Assembly: GCA_963664705.1 (NCBI GenBank)
Contig: OY761556.1
Span: forward strand, 5,216,001-5,280,000
Length of the DNA: 64,000 nucleotides
From: Acidobacteriota bacterium
Lineage (GTDB): Bacteria; Acidobacteriota; UBA6911
Direction: 5' to 3'
The notes beneath the pieces were generated by a model. That model was given only the letters and a program-made list of their open reading frames with translations, did no database searches and was not told the DNA's origin. Shown here piece after piece: positions 1 to 9,971 of the stretch. A program made the position numbers and the translations under genes. The first letter of the stretch is position 1; each line of letters opens with the position of its first letter.

Positions 1-1
1 C

Positions 2-973
2 AACGACGCCAGCAATCCTCAGAACATGTTCATGCGGGCCAAGGACTCTCCTTTCAACCGCATGGAGCAGTATTTCAATCTTCAGAAGGCGCCGCAGGTC
101 AAGTTTGAAGATCTCAAGGCTGTCATCACAGCTCACATCAACTACAACGCCCTGCCCTATGATTATCGATGGGATTTCATTAAGCTTTCGTCGGATAAGA
201 TTCTCGTTCCTGTTACGGTTGAACTCAGCAATAAGGATCTCGAGTTTAAGAAGGAACTCGATTTCAACCGGGCAACGGTCAATGTGTACGGAAGCGTCAC
301 CAGCCTGACCGGCCGGATTTACTACGAATGGGAAGATGTCATCAGCGTCGAGTATTCGAATGACTATTTCCAGATGGGGAAAAACAAAAAATCCGAATAC
401 CAGAAGATCATCGGGCTGCCTCCGGGTCAACGCTATAAGCTGGATCTCGTGTTGAAGGACGTCAACAGCAAGACAATGGGGACACAGCAATTTGCTCTAA
501 ATGTTCCCAAGTATGATGATGCCGCTTTGCAATCCAGCAGCATTATCCTGGCGCAATCGGTTTCGGCGGCGCCGACCAGCTCCGATCAGCTGCAGCAATA
601 CGTGATCGGAGATATGAAGATCATCCCGAATGTACGAGGCGAGTATCAGTCAGGTCAGAGTCTGATTCCATACATGCAGGTCTACAACATGGAAATCGAC
701 CAGACCAGCCAGAAGCCATCGCTGGATGTCACCTTTACCGTGAAAAACGGCGATAAGGTCGTCGAAGAACTGAAAACCTCCTCTGTGAATTCCGAGCAGT
801 TCTTCTACGGCCAGCGTGTTGTGCTTCTTGGAAAGATACCGCTCGCCGCACTGGCCCCGGGGAAATACAAGCTGGAGATCAAAGTTGTCGACAATATCTC
901 CAACCGATCCGTTGCCACGATGGCAGATTTTAAAGTGAAGGAATCGATCCAATCCGTCTCCCAGACCAAATAG
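2..973 (+). CDS. GWxTD-domain-family protein, C-terminal part (5' end outside window)
   Basis: Frame is open from base 2. The sequence (..LQKAPQVKFEDL.., SSIILA..VIGD.KI.P, PG.Y.LEIKV.D) resembles the C-terminal beta domains of acidobacterial GWxTD proteins. The GWxTD motif itself is not in the window. Confidence 0.7.
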   Translation, partial: NDASNPQNMFMRAKDSPFNRMEQYFNLQKAPQVKFEDLKAVITAHINYNALPYDYRWDFIKLSSDKILVPVTVELSNKDLEFKKELDFNRATVNVYGSVTSLTGRIYYEWEDVISVEYSNDYFQMGKNKKSEYQKIIGLPPGQRYKLDLVLKDVNSKTMGTQQFALNVPKYDDAALQSSSIILAQSVSAAPTSSDQLQQYVIGDMKIIPNVRGEYQSGQSLIPYMQVYNMEIDQTSQKPSLDVTFTVKNGDKVVEELKTSSVNSEQFFYGQRVVLLGKIPLAALAPGKYKLEIKVVDNISNRSVATMADFKVKESIQSVSQTK

Positions 974-1021
974 GGGAGTGATCGAGACAACCACTTTTTT
1001 CTCAAAGAGTTAAGCTGAACC

Positions 1022-1067
1022 ATGCCCCTAAGAAGGCGCTAAATGCAATTTTTTAGGGGCATTTTTT
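1022..1067 (+). terminator. Probable intrinsic terminator
   Basis: ATGCCCCTAA / TTAGGGGCAT inverted repeat followed by a T-run, just after the stop at 973. Confidence 0.65.
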
Positions 1068-1091
1068 GGTTTTAGGCAGGATTCTCATTCT

Positions 1092-2072
1092 ATGGATGTA
1101 TCCATCGTCATCCCCACATGGCGAGGCCGACACCTTCTTGAGGCATATCTTCCTTCCGTTATTGCCGCATCAGATCACTATCGCAAGACGCGGGACTCCC
1201 GGACTGAAATTATCGTTGTGGAGGACGCGGGGGGAGATGACACAACCGCCTGGCTGCGATCCAATTATGGCGATAAGGTGCAGTTACTGGAGCATGAAAG
1301 GAACCTGGGATTTTGCGCCGCATGTCAGACCGGTTTTGAGCAGGCCCGATTCCCCGTTGTCCTGCTGCTGAACAACGATGTGCGGCTCGAGCCGGACTGC
1401 ATCGCATCCTTCATTCCCCATTTCGAGGATCCAACGGTCTTTGCGGTAACCGGCAAAATGTTCAATCAGAAAGGGGATACGTTTTGCAACGGGGGTAAGA
1501 TCGGTCGTTTCCGGCGAGGGATGTGGAGCAGCTATCAGAACTATGATGTGCCGGGCAGCGCGTCCGATGGCAAACCGTACCTGTCATTTGCAGCGATAGC
1601 CGCTTTTGCGGCCTACGACAGGGAAAAGTATCTGCAAATCGGCGGTCTTGACCCGCTCACGGCGATGTATGAAGACATCGAAATTTCCTATCGAGCCTGG
1701 AAGCGTGGATGGACAATTCGATATGAGCCGGGCAGCGTGGCCTATCATGATGCCAGCCAAACCATTAAACGCTTTTACCGTGGTCAATCGCGGGACATGC
1801 TCTCGAGGCGCAGCCGCATCCTGATGCACTGGATTCTGCTTCATGACAGAAAAATGTTTCTCCAGCACGTTGCATCGATGGTGGGTCGCCTCCTGGCAAG
1901 CTGGATAGTGCTGGACTGGTCTTTTTATTGGGCTATTGCAACCGGTTTACGGAACATCCGCGTGATCCGGCGCAAGCGGATGGAAAACAAACGGAGCGCG
2001 GTACGATCCGATCGCGAGTTGATTCGACTGCTGGAGGATTTTTACCGATCGGCCCCAATCAGGATTTACTGA
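1092..2072 (+). CDS. Glycosyltransferase family 2
   Basis: VSIVIPTW, IIVVED, NLGF.AAC, LLNND, YEDIEISYRAW motifs. Confidence 0.92.
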   Translation: MDVSIVIPTWRGRHLLEAYLPSVIAASDHYRKTRDSRTEIIVVEDAGGDDTTAWLRSNYGDKVQLLEHERNLGFCAACQTGFEQARFPVVLLLNNDVRLEPDCIASFIPHFEDPTVFAVTGKMFNQKGDTFCNGGKIGRFRRGMWSSYQNYDVPGSASDGKPYLSFAAIAAFAAYDREKYLQIGGLDPLTAMYEDIEISYRAWKRGWTIRYEPGSVAYHDASQTIKRFYRGQSRDMLSRRSRILMHWILLHDRKMFLQHVASMVGRLLASWIVLDWSFYWAIATGLRNIRVIRRKRMENKRSAVRSDRELIRLLEDFYRSAPIRIY

Positions 2073-2080
2073 CCGGTTCC

Positions 2081-2857
2081 ATGATAGAATCATCCTCCAT
2101 GCAGCCGATATCGGCCACCATCATTACATTTAACGAGGCACACAACATCCGGGAGGCGCTTCAGTCGTTGTCCTGGGCGGATGAAATTATCGTCGTGGAC
2201 AGCGGGAGCAGTGATGCTACCTTGGATATCTGCCGCGAATTTACAGACAGGATATTCCAGCGCGGCTGGACCGGCTATGTAGACCAGAAGAACTTTGCGG
2301 TGGAAAAAGCAAGCCACGACTGGATCTTCTCGCTGGATGCCGATGAGAGAGTCAGCGTGGAACTCCGGAACGAAATTCGGGATTTGGTCGGATCCGGATT
2401 CTCTAAGCCTGGCTACAGAATACCTCGCGTTGCATTCTTCATGGGACGCTGGATCCGTCACGGAGACTGGTACCCAGATTACCAGCTGCGCCTCTTCGAC
2501 AGGAGACAAGGCAGATGGGAGGGCGGCCGGGTCCATGAATCGGTGCGCTTGCCGGAAAAGCCGGATATTTTGCGGGGAGAAATACAACATTACACCTATC
2601 GAAGCCTGTCAGACTATCTGCGGCGGCTGGAAGTCTATTCCAACCTGGCTTCTTTCGACTATCGCCAGCGTGGAAAGCGCGCCACTCGGCTTAGCCTGTT
2701 GGGCCACCCGGCCGCAACTTTTATCAAGGCCTATATTCTGAAGCGCGGTTTCATGGATGGGACGCCGGGATTTGCGGTGGCGGTCATGGGCGCGGTTTCT
2801 GTTTTCTTCAAATACGCCAAGCTTTATGAGCTGCAAAGGACTGGCTCCGCCCGATAA
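2081..2857 (+). CDS. Glycosyltransferase family 2 (KdtX/LgtF-like beta-glucosyltransferase)
   Basis: ISATIITFNE, IIVVDSGSSD.T, DWIFSLDADE, YPDYQLRLF, VHE motifs. Start is 2081 or 2099, not 1928. Confidence 0.9.
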   Translation: MIESSSMQPISATIITFNEAHNIREALQSLSWADEIIVVDSGSSDATLDICREFTDRIFQRGWTGYVDQKNFAVEKASHDWIFSLDADERVSVELRNEIRDLVGSGFSKPGYRIPRVAFFMGRWIRHGDWYPDYQLRLFDRRQGRWEGGRVHESVRLPEKPDILRGEIQHYTYRSLSDYLRRLEVYSNLASFDYRQRGKRATRLSLLGHPAATFIKAYILKRGFMDGTPGFAVAVMGAVSVFFKYAKLYELQRTGSAR

Positions 2858-2884
2858 GCTAGGTGGGGAGGCAACTCCAAGTCT

Positions 2885-2913
2885 TTGCGTATAGGTGTTC
2901 CCGGGAGTATAGT
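2885..2913 (+). promoter_or_regulatory. Putative sigma70 promoter of the rfb operon
   Basis: TTGCGT-N17-TATAGT. Confidence 0.5.
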
Positions 2914-2926
2914 ACGCCCTGATACT

Positions 2927-2998
2927 TGGATGAAGTTCAGAGCATCTTACCTGATTTCTGACTCCTGACTTCTTTCTTTATTAATCCAATTTCATCCA
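2927..2998. repeat. Heptamer array (CTGAYTY)x3 nested in an 11-bp imperfect inverted repeat
   Basis: ctgattt-ctgactc-ctgactt at 2951-2971, flanked by tggatgaagtt / aatttcatcca. Confidence 0.55.
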
Positions 2999-3011
2999 TG
3001 TGAGGTTGCAC

Positions 3012-3764
3012 ATGAAGGGAATAGTACTGGCAGGCGGGCTTGGAACGCGGCTGTATCCTTTGACAAAGGTGACGAACAAACACCTGTTGCCCATTTATGA
3101 CAAACCCATGATTTACTATCCGATCGAACGGATGGTGGATGCTGGGATTCGCGATATCCTGATCGTGACAGGCGGCAACAGCGCGGGGGATTTCCTGAAG
3201 CTCCTCGGAAACGGCAGAGAGTTTGGGCTCAACCATATCAATTACACCTACCAGGAAGGGGAAGGTGGAATTGCAGCGGCATTGTCTCTTGCTGAGTTTT
3301 TCGCGGATCAGAACCCCATCTGTGTCATCCTGGGGGATAACATTGTAGAAGGCTCGATAGCCCAGTACGTCAGGAATTTTGATCAGCAGGGTGGCGGCGC
3401 GAGAATCCTGCTGAAAGAGGTTGCCGACCCGCAGCGCTTCGGCGTTCCCGAAATCAAAGGGGACAAGATTGTTCGCATCGACGAGAAGCCGTCAAAACCT
3501 GCATCCCAGTATGCCGTTACCGGCATTTACATGTACGACCCGGACGTTTTCAAAATTATCAAAACGCTCAAGCCTTCCGGAAGAGGAGAGTTGGAGATCA
3601 CAGATGTAAATAACGCCTATATTGAGCGTGGAAAGATGCAATACGACATTTTGGACGGGTGGTGGACCGATGCCGGCACTTTTGACTCGCTGATTCGCGC
3701 ATCCAACCTGGCCTTCCAAAACGCCGAAAATCAGAGGAAGAAATCCATCAAGGCTGCAAAATAG
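3012..3764 (+). CDS. rfbA: Glucose-1-phosphate thymidylyltransferase (short SpsI/RmlA type)
   Basis: MKGIVLAGGLGTRLYPLT, KHLLPIYDKPMIYYP, SGRGELEITD, WTDAGT. Confidence 0.93.
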   Translation: MKGIVLAGGLGTRLYPLTKVTNKHLLPIYDKPMIYYPIERMVDAGIRDILIVTGGNSAGDFLKLLGNGREFGLNHINYTYQEGEGGIAAALSLAEFFADQNPICVILGDNIVEGSIAQYVRNFDQQGGGARILLKEVADPQRFGVPEIKGDKIVRIDEKPSKPASQYAVTGIYMYDPDVFKIIKTLKPSGRGELEITDVNNAYIERGKMQYDILDGWWTDAGTFDSLIRASNLAFQNAENQRKKSIKAAK

Positions 3765-3800
3765 GGGCCTGAAAACGGACGACGAGTAGAGAGAGTACCT

Positions 3801-4832
3801 ATGATGAAGCTACTGGTTACAGGCGGAGCCGGTTTTATCGGATCGAATTTCGTCCGATACATGCTCGCGAAATATCCCGAATACCACATCATTAACCTGG
3901 ACAAACTCACCTATGCCGGCAATCTCGAGAACCTGGCCGGTTTAGAGCGGGATACGCGGCATGAATTCGTCCAGGGAGACATCTGCGATGCGGAAGTTGT
4001 AGCCGGAATTTTGCAGCGCGGCATTGATTCCGTCGTTAATTTCGCGGCCGAATCTCACGTGGATCGCAGCATCCTGCACTCGCAGGAATTCGTTCGAACC
4101 AACATTGTTGGCACTCTGAATCTGCTGGAGGCTTGCCGGAAAGGCAAAATCGGCCGCTATATTCAGATCTCCACAGATGAGGTTTATGGGAGCCTGGGAC
4201 CTGACGGATTTTTTACCGAATTGAGCCCCATCGCCCCTAACAGCCCCTATGCAGCGAGCAAGGCTTCCGCGGACCTGCTGGTGCGCAGCTATTTCCATAC
4301 GCATGGGTTTCCCGGAATCATTACGCGATGCTCCAACAATTACGGACCCTATCAGTTTCCTGAAAAGCTGATTCCGCTGCTGATCAGCAATGCCATGGCC
4401 GGAGAGTCGCTGCCGATTTACGGGGATGGTCTGAACATCCGGGATTGGATTCATGTTCGCGACCACTGCTCGGCAATCGATGCAGTGCTTCATCATGGAA
4501 AGCCCGGAGCGGTCTATAATGTCGGCGCGAGGCAGGAATTCACCAATATTCATGTGGTCCGCTCGATCCTGAAACTGTTGGGCAAGGACGAGTCCCTGAT
4601 TCGATACGTTGAAGACAGGCCGGGACATGACCGGCGGTATGCCATCGACAGCTCCAGGATTGAAGAGGAGTTGGGCTGGAAAGCTTCAACCCTGTTCGAC
4701 GCGGGGCTGAAGGAAACGATCGACTGGTATTGCGGAAACACCGGGTGGGTGGAGCACGTGCGCAGCGGAGCTTACCGCACCTATTACGACCGGATGTACC
4801 TTCAGCGCGAGCAGACGCTCTCTCAGCGATAG
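3801..4832 (+). CDS. rfbB: dTDP-glucose 4,6-dehydratase
   Basis: GGAGFIGSNF, DKLTYAGN, AAESHVDRSI, STDEVYG, YAASK, NNYGPYQFPEKLIP, DRPGHDRRY. Confidence 0.97.
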   Translation: MMKLLVTGGAGFIGSNFVRYMLAKYPEYHIINLDKLTYAGNLENLAGLERDTRHEFVQGDICDAEVVAGILQRGIDSVVNFAAESHVDRSILHSQEFVRTNIVGTLNLLEACRKGKIGRYIQISTDEVYGSLGPDGFFTELSPIAPNSPYAASKASADLLVRSYFHTHGFPGIITRCSNNYGPYQFPEKLIPLLISNAMAGESLPIYGDGLNIRDWIHVRDHCSAIDAVLHHGKPGAVYNVGARQEFTNIHVVRSILKLLGKDESLIRYVEDRPGHDRRYAIDSSRIEEELGWKASTLFDAGLKETIDWYCGNTGWVEHVRSGAYRTYYDRMYLQREQTLSQR

Positions 4833-4846
4833 TAACAGAAACCTCT

Positions 4847-5701
4847 ATGAGAATTTTGCTAGTGGGTGCTCGAGGAATGCTTGGGACGGATCTGCTGGAA
4901 ACGATCCGGGACGTTCATGAGGTCCTGGATTTTGATATACCGGAGATCGATATTACGAGCCTGGAGGAATGCCTTTCGGCCGCGGCAAAATACCGCCCGG
5001 AAGTCATCATCAATTCAGCCGCATACACGCGCGTAGACGACTGTGAAACGCATGCCGATCAGGCCTTTCTCGTCAATGGCGAAGGAGCCAGCAATCTCGC
5101 ACAGGCGGCGGCAGCACAGAAGGCTCTGCTGGTCCATTACAGCACCGACTATGTCTTTGACGGATTGAAGCAGGGAGCCTATCTGGAAGAGGATACGCCC
5201 AACCCGCAGAGCATTTACGGAAAATCCAAACTCAGCGGAGAAAACCTGATTCGCGGCTGCTCGCCGAATCACCTGATATTGCGGACATCCTGGCTTTTTG
5301 GAAAAAATGGACCGAATTTCATTCGGACGATTGTCGGGGCGGCGGCGAATGGACAGCAACTGCGGGTAGTCAATGATCAGCAGGGGAGCCCCACCTACTC
5401 GAAAGACCTTGCGGCGCATACCTTGCGCATGATTGAAGCGGACTGTCGCGGAACCTACCATGTTACGAACAGCCAGGCATGCACCTGGTTCGAGCTGGCA
5501 GGCAGGGCTGTGGAATGGGCGGGCCTTCAAAATACTCCCATTGTTCCCGTCTCCACCTCCGCGTTCCCCAGGCCCGCGCGACGGCCATCCAACTCTGTCC
5601 TCGCCAATGCGCGGCTGCAAAGGGAAGGGCTTCCATTATTGCGATCCTGGCAGGAAGCCGCACGGGAATACATCGAGCAGAATCTAAAACATAAATCGTA
5701 G
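4847..5701 (+). CDS. rfbD: dTDP-4-dehydrorhamnose reductase
   Basis: GARGMLG, AAYTRVD, STDYVFDG, YGKSK, DQQGSPT, PARRP. Start is the ATG at 4847. Confidence 0.95.
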   Translation: MRILLVGARGMLGTDLLETIRDVHEVLDFDIPEIDITSLEECLSAAAKYRPEVIINSAAYTRVDDCETHADQAFLVNGEGASNLAQAAAAQKALLVHYSTDYVFDGLKQGAYLEEDTPNPQSIYGKSKLSGENLIRGCSPNHLILRTSWLFGKNGPNFIRTIVGAAANGQQLRVVNDQQGSPTYSKDLAAHTLRMIEADCRGTYHVTNSQACTWFELAGRAVEWAGLQNTPIVPVSTSAFPRPARRPSNSVLANARLQREGLPLLRSWQEAAREYIEQNLKHKS

Positions 5702-5716
5702 GAACGCTCCGAGTCT

Positions 5717-5746
5717 TTGCGCCTTCGGGGCAATTCTATGTATAAT
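5717..5746 (+). promoter_or_regulatory. Putative sigma70 promoter of smpB
   Basis: TTGCGC-N18-TATAAT. Confidence 0.5.
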
Positions 5747-5801
5747 CTAATAATTCTTATGCGGGCCTGATGCCCGCATTCTGTTTTGACGGAAGCGAAA
5801 A

Positions 5802-6266
5802 ATGGCAGAAAAGCAGGTCGGAGAAAAATTAGTTGCCGCCAATCGGAAGGCCTTCCACGAATATTTCATCCTGGAAAAGCTGGAGGCGGGAATTGTCCTG
5901 CTGGGCACGGAAGTCAAAGCCATTCGTGAAGGTCGATTGAATCTCAAGGACAGCTACGCGCACGTGCAGGGAGGCGAGACCTTTCTTTTCAACTGCCACA
6001 TCAGTGCGTATTCGCATGGAAACAGGGAAAACCATGATCCGACGCGAACGCGGAAACTGCTGTTGCATCAAAGGGAAATCCAGAAGCTCATCGGGAAAAC
6101 CCAGGAAAAAGGCCTGACGCTTGTTCCTTTGCGCGTATACCTCAAGCGGGGAAAGGTGAAAGTGGAGCTCGGCGTGGCGCGCGGCAAGAAGCTGGTCGAT
6201 AAGCGAGAGTCCGAGAAACGCAAGGAAGCAGATCGGGAAGCAAAGTCTGCAATGAAGCATCGGTGA
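5802..6266 (+). CDS. smpB: SsrA-binding protein
   Basis: [38 protein letters not shown]. Confidence 0.97.
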   Translation: MAEKQVGEKLVAANRKAFHEYFILEKLEAGIVLLGTEVKAIREGRLNLKDSYAHVQGGETFLFNCHISAYSHGNRENHDPTRTRKLLLHQREIQKLIGKTQEKGLTLVPLRVYLKRGKVKVELGVARGKKLVDKRESEKRKEADREAKSAMKHR

Positions 6267-6315
6267 TAAATCCCAATCATCCAGTCCTGAATCGAGGGAC
6301 ATCCATGGAGGTATT

Positions 6316-7794
6316 ATGCAGATCGAGTATCAGCCTGGAGACTACCGAGAGCTCGCGTGTGATGTACTGGCATTCTCAATATTCGAGGAAGACAAAGCCG
6401 GCAAGTCTCTTGAGCCGCTGAATACGCTTACGCGAGGTGCCGTGAAATCGGTTTTATCTTCCGGCGAGTTCAAACCGGATCTGCATAACGCCTATAGAAT
6501 TTTTAAGCCGGCAGGATTGAAAGCTCGATATCTGCTCCTGCTGGGGGCCGGGAAAAAATCTCAATTTGAACCGGCAAGGCTTCGCGACCTCGCGGGCACA
6601 GCGGTGCGCTGCGCCAAGCAAAGCTCCGGCAAAACCGTTGGATTTCTATGCATCGGCAATCATCCCCCGGAAATAGCCTCGAGGCTGGCGGCCGAAGGTG
6701 CGCTGTATGCTGATTATCAGTCCGACATCTATAAAACCCGGGACAAGGAAAACAAAGAGGTTGAAAAGTTCCTGATCCTGTTCAACGGGAAGGCTCCGAA
6801 GGAAGCGGTTTGCGAGGGAATCCGGCGAGGCGTAATCATTGGAGAAGCAACAAATTTTGTACGCACGCTGTCCAATGAACCGGCCAATATTCTGACTCCT
6901 TCGCAGTTTGCCGTACGCGCCCTGGCTATGGCCGAGCAGTCCGGCCTGTTTGCGCGCGTGATGGAACAGGAGGAAATGCAGAAGCTGGGAATGAACACTC
7001 TCCTGGCTGTCAGCCGGGGCAGCGATGAGCCTCCAAAACTGATCATCCTTCAAACGCATGAGAATCTGGAAAAGCGAAAAGGGCCGATTTTCGCGCTCGT
7101 GGGGAAGGGTGTCACGTTTGACAGCGGCGGCATCTCCATCAAGCCTTCAGCAAAAATGGAGGACATGAAAGGGGACATGTCCGGCGGCGCTGCCGTACTG
7201 GGAGCCATGATTGCGCTGGGCCGGCTTCGCCCACGAATTCCTGTAATCGGCATTATCCCCGCAGTCGAAAATCTTCCGAGCGGCAAGGCAACGAAGCCTG
7301 GGGATGTCGTGAAGTCCTACCAGGGAAAAACGGTGGAGATCATCAACACCGATGCCGAAGGACGCTTGATCCTCGCCGACGCGCTGCACTATGCCCGGAC
7401 GCTGGGCGCCACGCATCTCATCGATATTGCCACGCTCACGGGCGCAGTGAACATTGCGCTGGGTCGCGTAAACGCAGGTGTTCTGGGTACGGACCAGAAA
7501 ACTATCGACCGGCTGCGTGCCAACGCCAGGATTACGGGCGAGAAGCTCTGGCAGCTCCCCATCGATGACGAGTATCGCAAGCTGATCCGAAGCGACATTG
7601 CCGATATCAAAAATGTCGGGGACGGCTCAGCAGGCGTCATTACGGCAGCAAAATTTCTTCAGGAGTTTGTAGGAGAAGCTCCCTGGGTCCATCTGGATAT
7701 TGCGGCCATGGATATCGATCATGACGGTCGTCCCTATGCCTGCAAGGGTGCTACCGCATTCGGCGTCCGCACGCTGATTGAACTGTTGGCGTAA
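6316..7794 (+). CDS. pepA: Leucyl aminopeptidase (M17)
   Basis: VGKGVTFDSGGISIK, MKGDMSG, NTDAEGRLILAD, IATLTGA, WVHLDIA. Confidence 0.96.
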   Translation: MQIEYQPGDYRELACDVLAFSIFEEDKAGKSLEPLNTLTRGAVKSVLSSGEFKPDLHNAYRIFKPAGLKARYLLLLGAGKKSQFEPARLRDLAGTAVRCAKQSSGKTVGFLCIGNHPPEIASRLAAEGALYADYQSDIYKTRDKENKEVEKFLILFNGKAPKEAVCEGIRRGVIIGEATNFVRTLSNEPANILTPSQFAVRALAMAEQSGLFARVMEQEEMQKLGMNTLLAVSRGSDEPPKLIILQTHENLEKRKGPIFALVGKGVTFDSGGISIKPSAKMEDMKGDMSGGAAVLGAMIALGRLRPRIPVIGIIPAVENLPSGKATKPGDVVKSYQGKTVEIINTDAEGRLILADALHYARTLGATHLIDIATLTGAVNIALGRVNAGVLGTDQKTIDRLRANARITGEKLWQLPIDDEYRKLIRSDIADIKNVGDGSAGVITAAKFLQEFVGEAPWVHLDIAAMDIDHDGRPYACKGATAFGVRTLIELLA

Positions 7795-7856
7795 TTCACG
7801 GCCTTCCGGAGCAACGCCAACCGGCCACGAAGTCAAATAAGCGATTACGGTAGAAG

Positions 7857-8882
7857 TTAAGCTGTCTGGGATCGGGGATGAGCTAGGCGCAGAGCCCAGT
7901 GAATAGCGGAATTCATGCTGGCGTGTTTTGCGATCCCTTTTCCGGCAATATCATAGGCCGTACCGTGATCGACGGATGTGCGGATAAATGGTAGACCAAG
8001 GGTTACATTTACCGTATCGCCAAATCCTATCAGCTTGATGGGCGCCAGCCCTTGATCGTGATACATGGCTAGTACCGCATCAAACTCCCCGTTGTAAGCC
8101 CTATAGAACAGCGTGTCGGCCGGCAATGGCCCGTGGATTGAAACTTCGGGGAAGTCTTTTTGTGCTCGCTCCACGGCAGGAACAATGTGAGCCTCGTCTT
8201 CGCTGCCCATTATCCCGGATTCACCCGCGTGAGGGTTGAGTCCTGCGACCGCTATGCGCGCACACGGCAAGCCCAGCTTCCGGAATTCCGTGATCAGAAT
8301 GTGCAGTTTGCGGTATACAAGCTCTGCGGTTACGGATTCGATAACGTCTCGCAGGGAAAGATGAATAGTCGCAAGAACCACTTTGAGGCGCTCGGTCAGA
8401 AAAGCCATCGCAATTTCCTGAGCACCCGAGAGATGAGCGAGAAACTCTGTATGGCCGGGAAAGTCATACCCCGCCGACTGGAAGTATTTTTTATTCAGCG
8501 GCGCCGTTACCATGGCATCCAGCAATCCCCGTCGACAGATGGAGGCGCATTCAAGGATATTGCGTGCTGCCGCATCACCGCTTGCTTTGGATCCAACGCC
8601 GATTTGGACAGGTCCGGAGGGAATATCGACAATACAGCGGTCCGGCACGGACCGCGTTTCCGCAAAATCGTGGACCGTCAGCCGCTCGAACTCGAACGGA
8701 ATCTTCAAGAGGGCAGACCTCGACCGTAACAGATCCCAGCAGCCGAAAAGCGCCAGGCGGCATGTGCCCAGAAATGCCTGCTCCCTGGCCGAGAGCAATG
8801 CTATTTCCGGACCTACACCGGCCGGGTCTCCCGTTGTTATTCCGAGCTGAGGATATTTTGCTAATTCTGGCAAGAGTGGCAC
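7857..8882 (-). CDS. pdxA: 4-hydroxythreonine-4-phosphate dehydrogenase
   Basis: GDPAGVGPE, GHTEFL, GLNPHAGE, MYHDQG, RTSVDHGTA. Confidence 0.95.
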   Translation of the reverse strand: MPLLPELAKYPQLGITTGDPAGVGPEIALLSAREQAFLGTCRLALFGCWDLLRSRSALLKIPFEFERLTVHDFAETRSVPDRCIVDIPSGPVQIGVGSKASGDAAARNILECASICRRGLLDAMVTAPLNKKYFQSAGYDFPGHTEFLAHLSGAQEIAMAFLTERLKVVLATIHLSLRDVIESVTAELVYRKLHILITEFRKLGLPCARIAVAGLNPHAGESGIMGSEDEAHIVPAVERAQKDFPEVSIHGPLPADTLFYRAYNGEFDAVLAMYHDQGLAPIKLIGFGDTVNVTLGLPFIRTSVDHGTAYDIAGKGIAKHASMNSAIHWALRLAHPRSQTA

Positions 8883-8962
8883 CGCCCGCCACAGGTCACG
8901 AGGGGTGAAGCTGTGAAGTATGCCTGCTATTAAGCATTCACTGCGCGATTGTGTTCAGCACT

Positions 8963-9289
8963 CTACTCCAAATCCACCTCATCGGGTTCCTGATCTTCAT
9001 TCTGCTTATACATGTACTTGATGACATGCTTCAGTATCAACAGATTGGGTCCATCACTTCGATGTACTTTGATGCAATTTTTGTCGTACCACTCAATGAC
9101 TCCTCTGATCTCCTCGCCGTCAGTCAGTTTGACGACCATCGGAGTCTTCGCAGCCATTTGTTTGATATAATAATAATTTTCCGCGTTCGTTATATCGGGC
9201 GGTACGCGTTTCCGAGGCACTGGCCCATACCGCGGCATCTGGTCCTTGATTTCGGACAAGCTCGGACGAATAAGTTTACGGTTCACCAT
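8963..9289 (-). CDS. Hfq-like Sm-fold RNA chaperone (acidobacterial type with N-terminal extension)
   Basis: Sm1-like [18 protein letters not shown] and Sm2-like [18 protein letters not shown] before the ATG at 9289. Confidence 0.8.
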   Translation of the reverse strand: MVNRKLIRPSLSEIKDQMPRYGPVPRKRVPPDITNAENYYYIKQMAAKTPMVVKLTDGEEIRGVIEWYDKNCIKVHRSDGPNLLILKHVIKYMYKQNEDQEPDEVDLE

Positions 9290-9418
9290 TAGACTTCCTC
9301 CAGGGGAGGTTACAGATAGAGCGATATCAATTTTCCGCGAGCGATACTGTACATTTAAGTACGAAAGCGAGCGCACGAAAAGCCGTATTAAAAGCAATTG
9401 TAGAACGGCATTCTATCT

Positions 9419-9447
9419 TTGACAAGAGAAAATTAATCCGCTAAATT
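9419..9447 (+). promoter_or_regulatory. Putative sigma70 promoter
   Basis: TTGACA-N17-TAAATT upstream of the TPR gene. Confidence 0.5.
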
Positions 9448-9457
9448 TGGCCATACA

Positions 9458-9910
9458 ATGGACTTACAAAGAAAGATTTGTTCCCTTTTTGCAACTGTTC
9501 CAAAATTTCGCATTCTAGCATTTTTGTTTCCGCTGTCACTTCTCCCAGGTCTGTCCTATGCCGCCCAAAAGCCCGGTTTGATCCGGGATACCGGCGTGGC
9601 GGACGCCGTGGAGACCGCACCGGAGGCCAAAGTGCCGGATCCGATTTTATGCGAGAAAAATATTAGTATCGGCGACTTTTACTTCAAACAGAAGAATTAT
9701 GCTGCGGCAATTCGCAGATATCTTGACGCCATCGAGTATCAGGCTGATTCGGCTCGAGCGCACGATGCGCTGGCCCGAGCCTATCAGAAGAACGATCAGG
9801 CAGCCAAAGCGATCGCGGTATACAGGCAGTTTATCGAGAAAAACCCCGATTCGCCCAATATCGCCGAATTCCGTACGAAGCTTGCCAGGCTGGAAAAAAG
9901 CGCCAAATAG
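9458..9910 (+). CDS. Exported tetratricopeptide-repeat protein
   Basis: Hydrophobic N-terminal signal, then TPR pattern IGDFYFKQKNY.AA..RY..A and LARAYQK...A.A.Y. Confidence 0.8.
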   Translation: MDLQRKICSLFATVPKFRILAFLFPLSLLPGLSYAAQKPGLIRDTGVADAVETAPEAKVPDPILCEKNISIGDFYFKQKNYAAAIRRYLDAIEYQADSARAHDALARAYQKNDQAAKAIAVYRQFIEKNPDSPNIAEFRTKLARLEKSAK

Positions 9911-9971
9911 ACGCCCCGCGCCTGACTCCCCTTTAAATCCAAACGGTGGCAGTCAGAGCACCGGTTAAAAT

